DNA of 64,000 bases from the human T2T-CHM13v2.0 reference genome, Homo sapiens. Numbering within the stretch: position 1 is the stretch's first letter; every line of letters starts with the position of its first letter. The translations under genes were made by a program, and so were the position numbers. The stretch lies in assembly GCF_009914755.1 (NCBI RefSeq), contig NC_060947.1. One strand, written 5' to 3'. Below, piece after piece: positions 48,441 through 61,800 of the stretch. A model generated the notes under the pieces. The model was not told the origin of the DNA and did not search any database. It worked only from the letters and a program-made list of their open reading frames with translations.

Positions 48441-49030
48441 GAAGTGCCTGGCAGTGCCCAGGCTGATCTGTCACAGAGTTGTACTTCAGAGGTGAGATAT
48501 TGCACTCCCTAACTCAATCACTAGTCAAAAGGTCTTGTTAATACAAAAGACTTTTCTAATCTTGGAAAAAAATAGTGGAAGGTAATACTGTCCAATGCTA
48601 ATAGCTAGGTGGTAGATATATGGGTAACATTTTTTCCCTCCAACTATTTCCATTCTTTACGTATTTTGAATGGGTGTGTACTGCTTTTCTCATGCTCATA
48701 AAGACAATTGTTGAACTCTAAAACATCAAAATATTTCATTATTAAGACTACTCAGTATGGATGTAAATATTGCAGGTGCTGAGATGTTGGGGACCCAATT
48801 CACTTAAACATTTTTTAAATTCTCCTTTTATATAAGTTACTAGTATTGGAAAATAAAACAATCAGTTAAGTTGACCTTCAATAACTTAAGAGATAATGGT
48901 GGCAATATCCACCATGATTATTTTAGCAAAGCAAATTACTTTGGATGATATTCTTTAACATTTAAAACGTTGGCATTTCTTTACTCCAAGTCCTCCATGC
49001 CCCATTTTTTAAAAAGAAAGGGAAGAGAAA

Positions 49031-49340
49031 GACCAGACTTGGTGGCCAACACCTATGATGCTTGAGCTTTGGGAGGCTGAGGCAGGAGGATTGCTTGACC
49101 CCAGGGGTTCAAGACCAGCCTGGGAGACATAGCAAGATCTTGTCTCTTCAAAGAAAAAAAAAATTAATTAGCTGGACATGGTGGTATGCACCTGTAGTCC
49201 CAAGGCTGAGGCAGGAGGATCGCTTGAGGCCAGGAGTTCAAGGCTGCAGTGAGCTACAATCACGCCACTGGACTCTAGCCCAGGTGACAGAGCAACAACC
49301 TGTCTCTAAAAACAAATATGATACTAATAAAAGAAAAGAA
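49031..49340 (+). mobile_element. AluJ with internal deletions
   Basis: Diverged dimer. Confidence 0.9.
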
Positions 49341-50394
49341 AAAAATCCCAAATTTTAACCTTATTATATAATCTTTGATGTATATTTACCAGTATGAAGA
49401 GTCCCCTTTGTTGTATTTAACAAATTCTAAAGAATAACACGGTTATAGGGAAAATAAAGGAAATAGAAAGAGGTTAAGAATGTTTACATTTTCACTATTA
49501 TCAATTCAACAACTCCCCAACCAGTATTAGATTATTTTCCCTATATCATAAATGTCATAATAAAAAATGAAATAAGGTTCCTGGAGCCTGAGAGAAAATA
49601 AATACATATACACACACAATGGAGTCATAAAATCTGCAACATTGTAAGTTTTCCCGTTGTAACTTTCAATGTGTTGAAGCATCTTCTTAGTTGGTTACAA
49701 TGAACACTGAAAAAGCTAAATTGATATATCCCCAAAGTCATGAAATGGTATCTCAGACACAGGGATGACCTTCAGAGGAAAAATGCTCCACATTCCCCAC
49801 ATGCCCAAGAAGCAAAAATGGACAGACTGTTTTTGTACTAAATGAAACTGTGGCGTCCATCCAAAATGTGGACATTGACATCGGCGCTGATAAGTCCCCT
49901 TCAACTTTGCATTTCCTCCTCGTCTCCAGGCTTCTTCATAACTGGAAATTTTGACTCTGACACAACTCACTTCACCTTGTATGCCCCAGGATGAGGTTGA
50001 GGGGGGCCCAGACAACATCACCCCATGAGGGGAAACTGCCCCAAACAAATACACCAAGTATCAGCAGTAGGAATAGCCAGGGAGAAAATATACCCTGCTC
50101 TAGGCTAATTTGACTATGAAAAAGTTTCATTTTTAGGCCAGCCATTACCCATGGCTTGGGCTGAATAGTATAGAACTCCATAGGTGTTAGAAATTATAAA
50201 CTCTGTCCTCCTGATGCTTTCACCCAAGGCTGTCCCATCAGGTGCTCAGAGCTGCTGAAATTTCTCCTTAAAATTCTAGCACCACAACATTCAAGTCTAA
50301 AAAGTGGAGGAATTGAGTTTACATTGGTTTGACTGGATATTCAAGCCTTCCCGTACTGGACAAATGAAACTCTTCTCTAATTTCCATAAAGCTT

Positions 50395-50569
50395 TTGTTT
50401 GTTTGTTTGTTTGTTTTTTGCGGGGGGATGGGGGTGGGGAGTTGGTTGTTTTCTTGAGACAGAGCCTTGCTATGTTGGCCAGCATGGACTCAAACTCCTG
50501 GGCTTAAGCAACCCTCCTGCTTCAGCCTCCAGAGTACCCGGAATTAAAGGTGTGCACCACTGTGCGAGC
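50395..50569 (-). mobile_element. FLAM/Alu monomer
   Basis: Reverse monomer with (TTTG)n tail. Confidence 0.8.
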
Positions 50570-51144
50570 TTCATTCAAGTTTTAGAACTTCATCCTTAAT
50601 TTTAGACAAAAACAGAGGAAACCATCTCATCAAATCACTCCACATTTTAAATAGAAAAGCAGAGTTCCAGAGAATGAAAACCACTGTGGGCCGGGGCTTG
50701 CACAGTGGGCAAGAGACGAAGTGTTGACTGTAATGTGGGTCACACACCCTTTGTTCATTTCAGACCCTGTGAGGTCTACTGGAGATAAAATATCATCAGC
50801 CGTATGGGGGTTGCTTCTTAGAAGGAGTAAGGTAAGGTAGAGTAAGGTAAGGGATTTAGTGGCCCAATACCAGAAAGGAGTAGTGTGTTTTTAGAAGACA
50901 TTCTCCCAAATCCTGCCTGGCCGAGAAGGGTAAGAGTATGGCTGTGGAGGATTAGGAGAGTGGGGGAGCTGAGAGCATGAATTGTAGAGCCAGATGGACT
51001 GGATTAGAATCTTGTCACTCTTGCCTTCCCCATATGCATAATGAGAAAAGAGGAATAACTATTTTGTAGAAGTGCAATGAGGTCTGAGTGACTGCAAAAT
51101 GCTGACGAGTGTCAAGTGTCAGGCGTATTTAAGGTATTTTTAAA

Positions 51145-51500
51145 TTTTTTTTTTATTTCCATAGGTTATTGGGGAACAGGTGGTATTTGGTTACATGAGT
51201 AAGTTCTTTAGTGGTGATTTGTGAGATTTTGGTGCACCCATCACCCGAGCAGTATACACTGAACCCAATTTGTAGCCTTTTATCCCTCACCCCCTTCTCA
51301 CCCTTTCCCCGAATCCACAAAGTCCATTATGTCATTATTATGCTTTTGCATCCTCATAGCTTAGCTCCCACTTAGGAGTGAGAATATATGATGTTTAGTT
51401 TTCCATTCCTGAGTTACTTCACTTAGAATAATAGTTTCTAATCTCATCCAGGTTGCTGCAAATGCCATTAATTCATTCCTTTTTATGGCTGAATAGTATT

Positions 51501-51550
<50 letters not shown>

Positions 51551-51785
51551 TACATATATATATATGGTATTCCATCATATACATATATGATAGTCCATAT
51601 ATATATATGGTATTCCATCATATATATATGATAGTCCATATATATATATATATATGATGGAATACCATATATATATATGATGGAATACTATATTATATAT
51701 ACCATATATATATCACAATTTCTTTATCCACTCATTGACTGATGATCATTTGGGTTGATTCCACATTTTTACAATTGTGAATTGA
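51145..51785 (-). mobile_element. L1PB1-like 3' end
   Basis: ggggaacaggtggtatttggttacatgagtaagttctttagtggtgatttgtgagattttggtgcaccc. Confidence 0.92.
51496..51713. repeat. (TA)n-based complex minisatellite with inverted units
   Basis: gtattccatca(ta)n units followed by inverted tgatggaatac units. Confidence 0.92.
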
Positions 51786-52324
51786 GGCACACATAAGGTC
51801 TACTAAGTTAAAACAATAGCAATGAAAACCTCCACGTCTATAGTACCAGAATTGGGATTATCAACAAAGGTGCAGGGTGCCAGCTTCCAGAATACCACTG
51901 ACCCAAGAGAGGCAAATCAACCTGTGGGAGCCATTAACCTTCCACTGTTCTAGCCACAAACACATCGTTTGACTGATCGACTTTGAGTCAAAAGGTTTGG
52001 GATGAGAAAGGGGAGTCACAGTATCAAAACGATCAAGTCTCCAGAGCCTGGTAGGAGTTCTGAGTCACTCTCCTTTTTAACTTCCTCCTTGCTTATCTGC
52101 AGCTGCTCTCTGCCGCCTGACGGCCTTTTGCCCAGGAGGTCAGAGAAGGCAAAGCTGTCTCTCAGTAATTGGAGATGTCTGGCTCTGTGTGTGGGAAGTT
52201 GAAGGGACACTTGGTGGTGCCTTCCTCCCTCAAAGCGTCACAGCAAGTCCTTTCATTGTGGCTAAGCGGAAATAGCCAAAAGAGAAAGGGAAAATATCGT
52301 CTCTTATGAAGACAACAAGAAGAC

Positions 52325-52730
52325 CAGGGGTGTGGAATGGGAGAAGGATGACCAGGCACAGCACAGGGTATTTCTAGGACTAGGAAATCATGGTATAAGA
52401 TAATGTAAAGGTGGATGCATGACTTTATGCATTTGTCAAACACCACAGCATATACAACAGCAAGAGTAAACCCCAATGTAAACTATGGATTATAGTTAAT
52501 AGTAATGTATCGATAGTAATCCATCAGTTGTAACAAATGTATCACACTAATGCAAGATAACAGTAGGGGAAATACCAGGGAGGAGGAAGGGAGGGCATGG
52601 GAACTCTTCATTTTCCACTCCAAATCATCATATGGCTGATGATATTCAGCATCCAATAGACCTCACAGGGTCTGAAATGGAATGCCTTATCAGGCCCAAA
52701 ACTGCTAAAAAAAAAAATAGCCTATTATTT
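52325..52730 (+). mobile_element. L1MC-like 3' end
   Basis: catttgtcaaa...caagagtaaacc..aatgtaaactatgga...tgtaacaaatgta...aaaactgct. Confidence 0.8.
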
Positions 52731-53759
52731 TCTAAATCTCAGATTGCTTAATATTCTTATATACATGATTAATAATGTGTACTATTATGTATGTACATCA
52801 TAATATAGGTAATCTCATGCATAATATTTAACTAACGATGATACCTGTAAGAATTTATCACTTAATTACAAAGGCTGTGTTGAGATTAACAGTCCTTCAA
52901 AGAAGGTGGATGGGTTGAGATGATGTGGTAGATCAGAAAGAAAGCACAATTTAGAATCCTATATAGAAGTTTTCTGAAAAACAGACACACAGAACCGATT
53001 GCTTTAATTATCTTACCATCATTTGGATAGGGTAAACACACCAGTTTGCATATACTCTTAAGTAACTTTCATCCAAGTACAGCTGACATGAAGGTAGCTT
53101 GCCCAATAGATAAACGATGAGAGAAAAGTAGAGAAAACATTTACTATCTTTTTTATTCATAAATTCTAACCCTCCCCCACAAAATGTGTTGGAACTATGT
53201 GATTAATTCTATTAAAAGTATGCTCGTTCTGTCTGTAAATCTGTGGAGTAAAAAAAAAAAAAATTCAGGAGTGGTTCCCCATCATCAGAATCTGGGCTCA
53301 TCATTTCCTTCTTTCCCTGAGTTTATAAAGTATCTATCAGCATAGTGCCTAAGATGTACCAGAACATTTACAGAAATCATGATTTCCTTTTGTTTTTGAA
53401 GCCTCATGGACCTGCAAGGTAAAGTTTTATTTTTCTAATCATTATTTTGGAGAAGAAAAGGGCAGGGAGATAATGGTGATGGATGCAGCCGAGAGTTGGG
53501 ATTGGAATTGGCGTTGGCTCATTCCTCAGCCTCTGATTCCAATTGGCTGTACCACCTAACATCCATCATGTCGCCTTCTCACCGAGGCCAACATTTCAGA
53601 AAATGCCAGTCCTCATCTCTCCAACCACGCTTGTTTAATTACCATTGAGGGAAGCAACTACAAATACTCCTAGGGCCAAACCCTGGAAGAATCCCAGCAA
53701 CACACAGAAATATTGAACTTACCCAAGAATTTTCCTAGATGGCCATAAATACCATGAAA

Positions 53760-54645
53760 TTCTGGACAACTCAAATTTACATCTCTAGTCCTGACTGTTT
53801 CTGGGCCAGAGACTTCAGATGTCCACCTGCCTGTTTAGTAGCTCCCCTTGATATAATCTCACAGGCTTAAACTTATTATGCCCAAAATGAATTTTAACAG
53901 GGCTTCCCTTTTTCACACAAGGAAAAGCCCGGCTGCTCCTCTTCCAGTCGCCTTCACCTAAGTAACTGGCCTTTCTCCCCACTTTCCTAAGAAACTGGCA
54001 TCAGAACGGATGTTTCCATCTCCCTCGCTTCTTGTATCCAACCCTGGCCAATTTTGCCTCCCATCTCCCGAAATCCATCCGCCTCACCCTGCCTTCACTG
54101 CAGCCTCACCTGAGTGAGCTACCCACCTCTTCTGTCTAAATTAGTGTGTTTGTTTTGGAACCAGACTCCCGCTTTCCATTCTCAGCCTTCTTCATCATTC
54201 CCCAAAATATCTTGTGTCAAATCATTCCCCTCCTTACAGCCTCTCTGGCTTCCATCACTGCACTTTATACAGAATATAAAAGACTTGATCCTCTAAGGCC
54301 CTGTCGCCAGGTGTCCTGTCATGATACAGCAGCTTCTTAAACTTCTCTATAGGTACCAAATAATTTTCCACCTCAGTGCCATTGTACGTGCTCTTCTCTT
54401 TAACTAGAAAACCCGACTCTTCAGAAGTTCATATCCTCAGAGAACTTTTGCAATAATTCATATCTCCTATCTTTCTTAGCATAGTACCCTATTTTCTCAA
54501 AATCATGTAATACCATGTGTATTAACTGAGCAAACACTGACTTCCTTACTTTCTTAAGACCTTCTGTGTTTAGTGTACTAATTCTGCTCCATGAAGGCAC
54601 GGTCTATATCTGTATGAGTAGTACCTTGCAATCTTTTGTCAAATA
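53760..54645 (+). mobile_element. L2 relic
   Basis: caaatttacatctctagtcctgac...cacctgcctg...cacctcagtgccattgtacgtgct. Confidence 0.6.
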
Positions 54646-54689
54646 AAACAACATCTATACATAATTTACATGATAATGCTGCATATTAT

Positions 54690-54815
54690 GTGTATGAGTA
54701 TATATATATATATATGGTCTTGTATACATTATATATATACTATATATATAGTATATGCTGTATAGTATATATATGTACCATATACATAGTATACAATAGT
54801 ATAGTATATATATAA
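54690..54815. repeat. TA-rich low-complexity repeat
   Basis: Directly visible. Confidence 0.8.
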
Positions 54816-54884
54816 GACCAGTATACAAGTATACAAGACCATAAGTGAAAAAATTCCAACGACAGGAATTAATTTGCTTTCTTT

Positions 54885-55190
54885 TTTAACTTTCAAAAAA
54901 ATTATTATTTAATTGGCAAATAAAAACTATATATAATTATTGTGCAGAACATGCTTTAAAATATGTACACATTGTGGAATAGTTAAGGTAGTTAACGTAT
55001 GCATTACTTCACATATTAATTTTTTTGTGGTGAGAACACTCAAGATCTACTCTTTCAGTGATTTTCCGGAATACAATACATTATTAACTATAGCCACCAT
55101 GTTGTACAATAGATTTCTTGACCTTACTCCTCCTAACTGAAATTTTGTATCATTTGACCAACATGTCCCCAAACTACCTCCTTCCCAATT
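54885..55190 (-). mobile_element. L1MA-like 3' end
   Basis: tacacattgtggaat...tgtggtgagaacact..agatctactct...caccatgttgtacaatagat. Confidence 0.88.
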
Positions 55191-55256
55191 TTCTTAAATT
55201 TCATTAAAAAATCTCTTCCTGGAAGAAATCACAGTAGTAGACTGATGACTGGCTTT

Positions 55257-55270
55257 ACATATACACACAT

Positions 55271-55301
<31 letters not shown>

Positions 55302-55313
55302 GACACAAACACA
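55257..55313. repeat. (CA)n microsatellite
   Basis: Directly visible. Confidence 0.92.
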
Positions 55314-57604
55314 CCCCAGTCATGTTTACACCACACCACTCCTCTGAGGTCAGATTGAGTTAACACTGGAGCCCACTCTGCATGCAATGGGAGCTTGCAA
55401 ACCCACCTTTATGGCAGGGAGCATCAGGCCTTCAGTGGCCCCTGCATGTGAACTGCCTCCATGGTCTGATGCTGAGGACACCCTGCTGGTAATGCAGAGA
55501 ACTGTGCATAGAAATCCCTAATCTGCCTGTCCAGTTCCCCCTGAATTGGCTTGAAGCAGTGGGAAGTCGAACCACACAAGAGAGTTTCCTTGTCAAGTGA
55601 CCGGAGGTCAGTGTTATTATCTCTGTCAGTGGCCAGGGGTGCACTGGTTCCCAGCATATGAGTCTTTCATTGCTAACAAGCTCCACTGCATTTGAGAGAG
55701 CCCCTGGGATAGGAGAGCAGGGAGGCTTATCTCCTGTCTCCTGGATGAGGTACTGAGAAAGAGACACCCTCCGCACTCTGCTCCTCACTGACCAATGAAG
55801 GGACTCACGAATCTGTTAATTTATCAACTAGGGTGTTCGACCTGAACACTAGTGATATCCTGATTGTAACAGGAAATCTCATCAATTAGAGGATGTCTGA
55901 TCTAACAGGGCAGGAGACCATAACTGTTACTTGTATTGTTTCAGGGAGCAAAAAACAAGAGTGAAAGAAAGCATTAACAATTAAGAAAGCATTTTCTTAA
56001 TTTCTCCAGAGAAAATAAAACCCAGGAAAATAACAAAAGCAATAAGGAAATTAAAACTTTATCCAAGGAGCATATAACTAAATAAATGCCATCTAATATT
56101 GGGCATCATCAATGTACTTTCAACTTTATGTCCGCACATCATAGTATAAAAGAGAACTGTAAAAAAAGACAACTAAGTTTTACATTGAAATCATTTGTTA
56201 TATCAGATGTTTTTAAATATAAACATATGAAGGTGATATAACAGGATATTAAGATGAAACCTGTATTTTAACATTGTTAATGTGTCACCATAAATTTACC
56301 TTTTGGCATTATTTTGGTAAACAGCACTGAATGTTCCATGCACGGCAAACAACTAATTTAATGTAGCTTTTAAATTGGCAGGCCATACTAAAATTTAGCT
56401 ATTTTCTTTGCTTACTGATGTCATCTAGAATGACGCTTTTGTTGTTCTTTTCCACAGACTTACAAGCAATTTTATGCAACATGACGCTGCTTCCAAAGCA
56501 TCCAGAACTATGGAACTTGGCAGGTTTACCAGTGTCTGCTCGCCCCAACTACAACCTTTATGGAAAAGGAAGGACTCAGTCAGACAGAACTGGAGAGTTT
56601 TTCCAAATGCCCTCAAAAAAATGTACCCTGGCTTGAACAAGAGAGCCAGAACAGCCTGGTGGGACGTCAGCCTTCTAGATTTAGCATGACATGGGCAGCA
56701 GTGCAGTTCTGAAGAACTCCCCTGCAGCACACACAGCTCCTGATTTCTATCTGTGCTCACTGGTCTGGATTTTGAGAGTTTTGAGAAATGAATTGTGCAT
56801 CCTGTTATGCCTCGAAACGTTAACTCAACTCATATTTTTAAGTGGTCACGTTAGGTAAGTATCCCCTCATTAGAACAGAGACAATGCTTGATTCATTTTC
56901 CAGGTTGAGTTGTAGTTAACATGTGAGTGGGATCGAACCACCATAGGTACAGATGCTTAGAGAACAGGAACAACAGAGAAGGGACAGAGACAGTGAAGGA
57001 GGCTGTATTGTCTTCACACCTTTACAGGCAGGGCGACTTCAGCAAGAAGTAATTTACCACCCACACTAAGCTCTTTATCCCAGATTTGCTTTACTGTCTC
57101 TCTCTACCCAAGGTGTCAAACACTCACTCTGTCATCATGTTGCAAATGGCACTAGTAAAGGAAACTTCCCCAGCTCCCAAGAAGGGCCTTATAAACCAAG
57201 TGTAACAACCTTTTGGCTTCTTTCTTTACAATGAGAAACTCATTAGCTGGATTATTTTTTTTCTTTTTGACATAGAAATAATCTGGGACTCCTTTCACTT
57301 TTATGTGATAGAAAGATAAGACGCAGAATCAACATACAAATCTGCTATAAAGAGTGCAGAAAGCACTTCCTCAAAGTCTCAACTAACTTTTCCCCAAAAA
57401 ACTATGCTTGATAAATTCATGTTTTTTAGAAATGGGTAAAAAAATGCCTACTTAGTCTGTTTTGCTGTTTATGTTAGCGATTCTGTGATCCAGTGACGTC
57501 AGACTTATAAAATCAACAAGTTTCACAAACAGAATAAGAATCACTCCTTAAAATAACAAATGTTACCCGTTGAGTGATGTGATTGCTTTATCGTCTCTTT
57601 AAGG

Positions 57605-57826
57605 CAGGGATGTCCAATCTTTTGGCTTTCCCGGGCCACACTGGAAGAAGAAGAATTGTCTTTGGCCACACATAAAATAGACTAACACTAATCATAGCTG
57701 ATGAGCTTAAAAAAAATTGCAAAAAAACTCACAATGTTTTAAGAAAGTTTACAAATTTGTGTTGGGCCGCATTCAAAGCCGTCCTGGGCCTCATGCGGCC
57801 CAAGGGCCATGGGTTGGACACGCTTG
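57605..57826. mobile_element. MER30 hAT element
   Basis: cagggatgtccaatc...gggttggacacgcttg termini; 8-bp TSD ctttaag(g/a). Confidence 0.92.
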
Positions 57827-58794
57827 CTTTAAGATCTTAGGGAAACAGAAGGTTAAAATGATAAGCATGGAACTGAAGACTTCATAAGAAAATGCACATG
57901 TCCCATTCATGTGAAATTCGTAATTCACACATGTAACTTCCTGACTCACCCCTAAAATGTGGGGGACCCCAGGAACCACAGAGAAGCTCCAAATGGATTT
58001 TCTCAAGCAAACTGTAATATATAAATATATATTTTACCTCCTAACCAGGTCTTCTCTGCCCTGCCTTCTGCCCTGTCTTCTTTCCACACAATCAACCTCA
58101 TGTAATGTAACAGCAAATCCTCATTTCCACAGCCCACTTTTGGTGGAAGAGTCATTTTTCCCAAATATGATCGAAAATGCATTATGTGAGCCAGTGAAGG
58201 AAATCCAGAAATAGGGTCTAGTTCGTCTGGGCTCCTGTACATCCTATACAAGAAATGAACTTTGCAAAATCCCAAAGCTGTGAATTTGGCACCTCTCAAC
58301 TAGCACAAATTTCCTTTCAAACATTAGGAAGAGAAAGAGAAAAAGAGACTCCAAAGTATTTTGTAACATAATGTATTCCACATTTCCATAGGCATCATTT
58401 TTAGGCCAAAACATATGGTAATACATAAACTGATCATATGCTGCCTGCCACGCTCAGCAGAGAAAGGCAGCATCTCAAAGGATTTCCTCAAATCCTTTAC
58501 TCTAAGAAAGGCATGGAAACCATTTCATCAGAAATCATTCCCTCCGTGGCAGTGTGCAAAGACAGTCCACCCAGATGCATAATAAAGCCTCAGGAAATAA
58601 TGACAACAGCAGCCTCTATTGCAAGTGGAGCTGAAAAAAGCGGTGGGTCTTAACCACTGATACAATGCAATCATTAAGATATTTAAATATAAGAAGACCA
58701 TTTCATGCGTCTCTAAAGCTTAATGCTACTATCTCAACAATCCAGTGTAGAAATTGTTAAGAGGGGTCTCTCTCTGGGTGCCTTAATTTATATT

Positions 58795-59215
58795 TCTTTT
58801 TTTTTTTTAGTTTTTATTTTTATTCTAAGTTCCAGGGTACATGTGCAGGATGTGCAGGTTTGTTACATAGGTAAATGTGTACCATGGTGATTTGCTGAAC
58901 GTATCGACCCATCACCTAGGTATTAAGCCCAGCATGCATTAGCTATTTGTTTGGATGCTCTCCCTCCCCCCACCCCACCCCCCGACAGGCCCCAGTGTGT
59001 GTTATTCCCTTCCCTGTGTCCATGTGTTCTCATCGTTCAGCTCCCACTTATGACTGAGAATATGAGGTGTTTGGTTTTCTGTTCCTGCATTAGTTTACTG
59101 AGGATAATGGCTTCCAGCTCCATTCATGTCCCTGCAAAGGACATGATTTTTTCATTTTTATGGCTGCATAGTATTCTATGATATACATGTACATTTTCTT
59201 TATCCGGTGTATCAT
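58795..59215 (-). mobile_element. Older L1PA 3' end
   Basis: gggtacatgtgcaggatgtgcaggtttgttacatagg...ggcttccagctccattcatgtccctgcaaagg. Confidence 0.92.
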
Positions 59216-60171
59216 ATATTTTTTACTTCTGTAAGCAAAATGTCATTTTGACTGTTTCTCTTTTATCTAACCCAAATGGCCAACTAGCCACCTTTATTTG
59301 TAGGGCCAGCAAAAAACTAAATTTTAGTATTGGGTTCCTATATGTCTCATTTAATATTATATACTTTGATTTTCTCTCCAAATTACCTCATTTGGCCAAG
59401 ATAACATAACTAATGTGCAACTACTTAAGCACATCCCTGAGTTTTCTTTTTAAAGTGGAAGCTAAAGGAAAACTAAGACACATGCATTATGTTATCTTTA
59501 TTTGTATAAGCTAATCAGAGTAAAATGGTCTTCCCAAATATGAAAAATAAAATGACTTGATACATGTCAAAAAAGGGCACATCATCTGTCAATAAGTCCT
59601 GTTGAAGTGTGAGGGGAAGGGAGTGAAGTTCTGCTTTTCTTTAATGAGATGTCCCCATAAAAATATGATTTGTGAATTTGTAAGGATCCCTAACTGTCAC
59701 ATAAAGACCTGGACTCCACCCATGTAACACGGTCATGGTCTAGCCAGTTTTCTTTTTTAAATATATTCATTTTTTATTGCAAGGGTTCATCCTACACATT
59801 GTTATAACAGACAAATAAATCACTTCACTTTTCTCACCTGTAATAAACAGAGAGCTTCTCTGTTTTACAGTGTTACAAAATTAAATGAGACAATTTATGA
59901 CAAACCATTTGTCGATCATGGAGTACTCCACAAACAGCTGAGTACTGTTGCTAATAATATGACTTCAGTGACAATCATAACCTCAGAAACTTAAGACAGA
60001 GCCTGTCTATGGCAAAGAAATCTAGAATCTGTGGTGTCTCATTCAAAGAAATGTATTTTCATGAGAATATCACTTCCCTGCTCCCAGTCCTCCTTAACTT
60101 TTCCCTCTCGCCTGAGACCACACTGCCTGATAGAACCAAATGTCAGCAGTGACAGTGGGGAATACTCTAAG

Positions 60172-60558
60172 TTGGTGCTGTCCAATATTGCAGTTTCTAG
60201 CTACCTAGGACACTCAGCACGTGAAATGTGACTAGTGCAGTTTCTCACTCTCGCCACTGTTGACATATTGGGCCGATGGTTCCTTGCGATGGTGGCTGTT
60301 CTGTGCATGGTAACACTACCACGCAGCGTGTTGAGCTGCATCCCTGACCGCCCCCACTAGATACCAGTAGCACCTCTTCCCTGGTAGTGACAACTAAAAA
60401 TGTCTCTCGACATTGCCAGATATCCCCTTGAGGACAAAATCACCTCTGGTTGAAAACCACTAGGCTACAGAGATGGAGAATTTTCATTGTATTCAATTTA
60501 AGTAAATGTAAACTTAAATAGTAAATGTGGCTGATGTCTACCATACTGAACGGAATTG
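60172..60558. mobile_element. MER3-like element split by MER20 (about 60236-60462)
   Basis: gctgtccaata...gcacgtgaaatgtgactagtg | MER20 body | aacttaaatag...tgtggct...ctaccata. Confidence 0.72.
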
Positions 60559-60578
60559 CTTTAAAATTTACTGAGATT

Positions 60579-60729
60579 CAAAAGATAAATGTTGGACGGA
60601 TGGATACCCCCTTCTTCATGATGTATTTATTTCACATTGCATGACTGTATCAGAACATCTCATGTACCCCATAAATATATACACCTACTATGTACCCACA
60701 CAAAGTTAAGGAAATTAAAATTTAAAAAG
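60579..60729 (+). mobile_element. Severely 5'-truncated L1MA-like element
   Basis: catctcatgtaccccataaatatatacacctactatgtacccac; perfect 16-bp TSD aaaatttactgagatt. Confidence 0.9.
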
Positions 60730-61629
60730 AAAATTTACTGAGATTATTTTTCGAAAACAGATACAACAGTTAAGAAATATGTTGGAAAGTTTAGATTACA
60801 TACATATATATATATTTTTTTCCTCTGAAAGGGCTAAGCATATGTTAAACAATGTAAGCTTTCATTTTATTTACACATAATTATTTATGTGCTGCCTTTA
60901 ACTCAGAGCAGTAAGAGAGCTCATAACCTAGCAAGGCATAAAAAGGTACAAAAGTAATAATAAAATGGAGGAGGGGGAAACTACCACAGTGGTTTTATAT
61001 CCATTCCTGCCACCCAGGGAGGGAATAATGAGATGAACAGATATCGATGGGTTGTAGGGTCCAGAACTAAATTAAAAAATTAACAGCCATAACCACCCCA
61101 AGCTGTTCCTGCTGGGCTCGCCATGCTTGCCCCACCCAGGCAAGGTCTGGATTGTTCACAAGCAGCAGGAATGACCTGACCCGCAAGCTCTCCACAGACC
61201 TGCGCTGATGGTTTCTCACTTCCCTCATTAGACACTGAGCCAAGGCAAAGAAACTTTTAAAAAAGTGTTTGCAAGGGTTCATCCTACACATTGAACAGTT
61301 TAGTAACTATCACTTTCATTTGAGGAGTGAAAACAATTTCCTATCATAATGGGACAACTGTGTTAGGTTAGGGAATCCTATACGTTACTTAAAGTCCCAA
61401 AGTGAATCCAAGTTCAAAGGGAATATTGTGTAAAACAAACAATATCCCTGAGAATTTCAAAGGAGATTGAACCCCAAGTGCCTAGAGATTCCAATGTCTT
61501 CATTTCTGGTTCTACATGTAGGGAGATGATCTGAAAGAAGCAATATTCAGTATGATGAAAAAATTAAATTTTATATTTCCTTTCCAAATACTTGGAGAGA
61601 GAATCTACTCAGTTTCTGATGCCAAGAAC

Positions 61630-61800
61630 AGAAATTTAAAGTATGAAGAAAGAACATGGGCTTTAAAAACAAAAAGTCCTGCAATGTAGTCCCCAAATGA
61701 CAAATTTTGGGAACCTTGTCCATTATTCCTTCTGACCCTCAGTTGTCTACATTGTACAATGAGGAAAATGACAGCTACTTCCTTGGGTTATTGGGAGAAC
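61630..61800 (+). mobile_element. MIR relic
   Basis: gaaagaacatgggcttt...tctgaccctcagtt...tgtacaatgagg. Confidence 0.5.

Noticed and set aside
50826-50852. Clustered gtaag donor-like repeats on +
   Set aside because: Simple short repeat with no associated acceptor or exon.
52636-52676. C/D-box-like motifs (tgatga...ctga)
   Set aside because: Only about 40 nt apart with no terminal stem; too short for a snoRNA.
55823-55856. Small bulged hairpin as a possible pre-miRNA
   Set aside because: Stem of about 13 bp is far too short.
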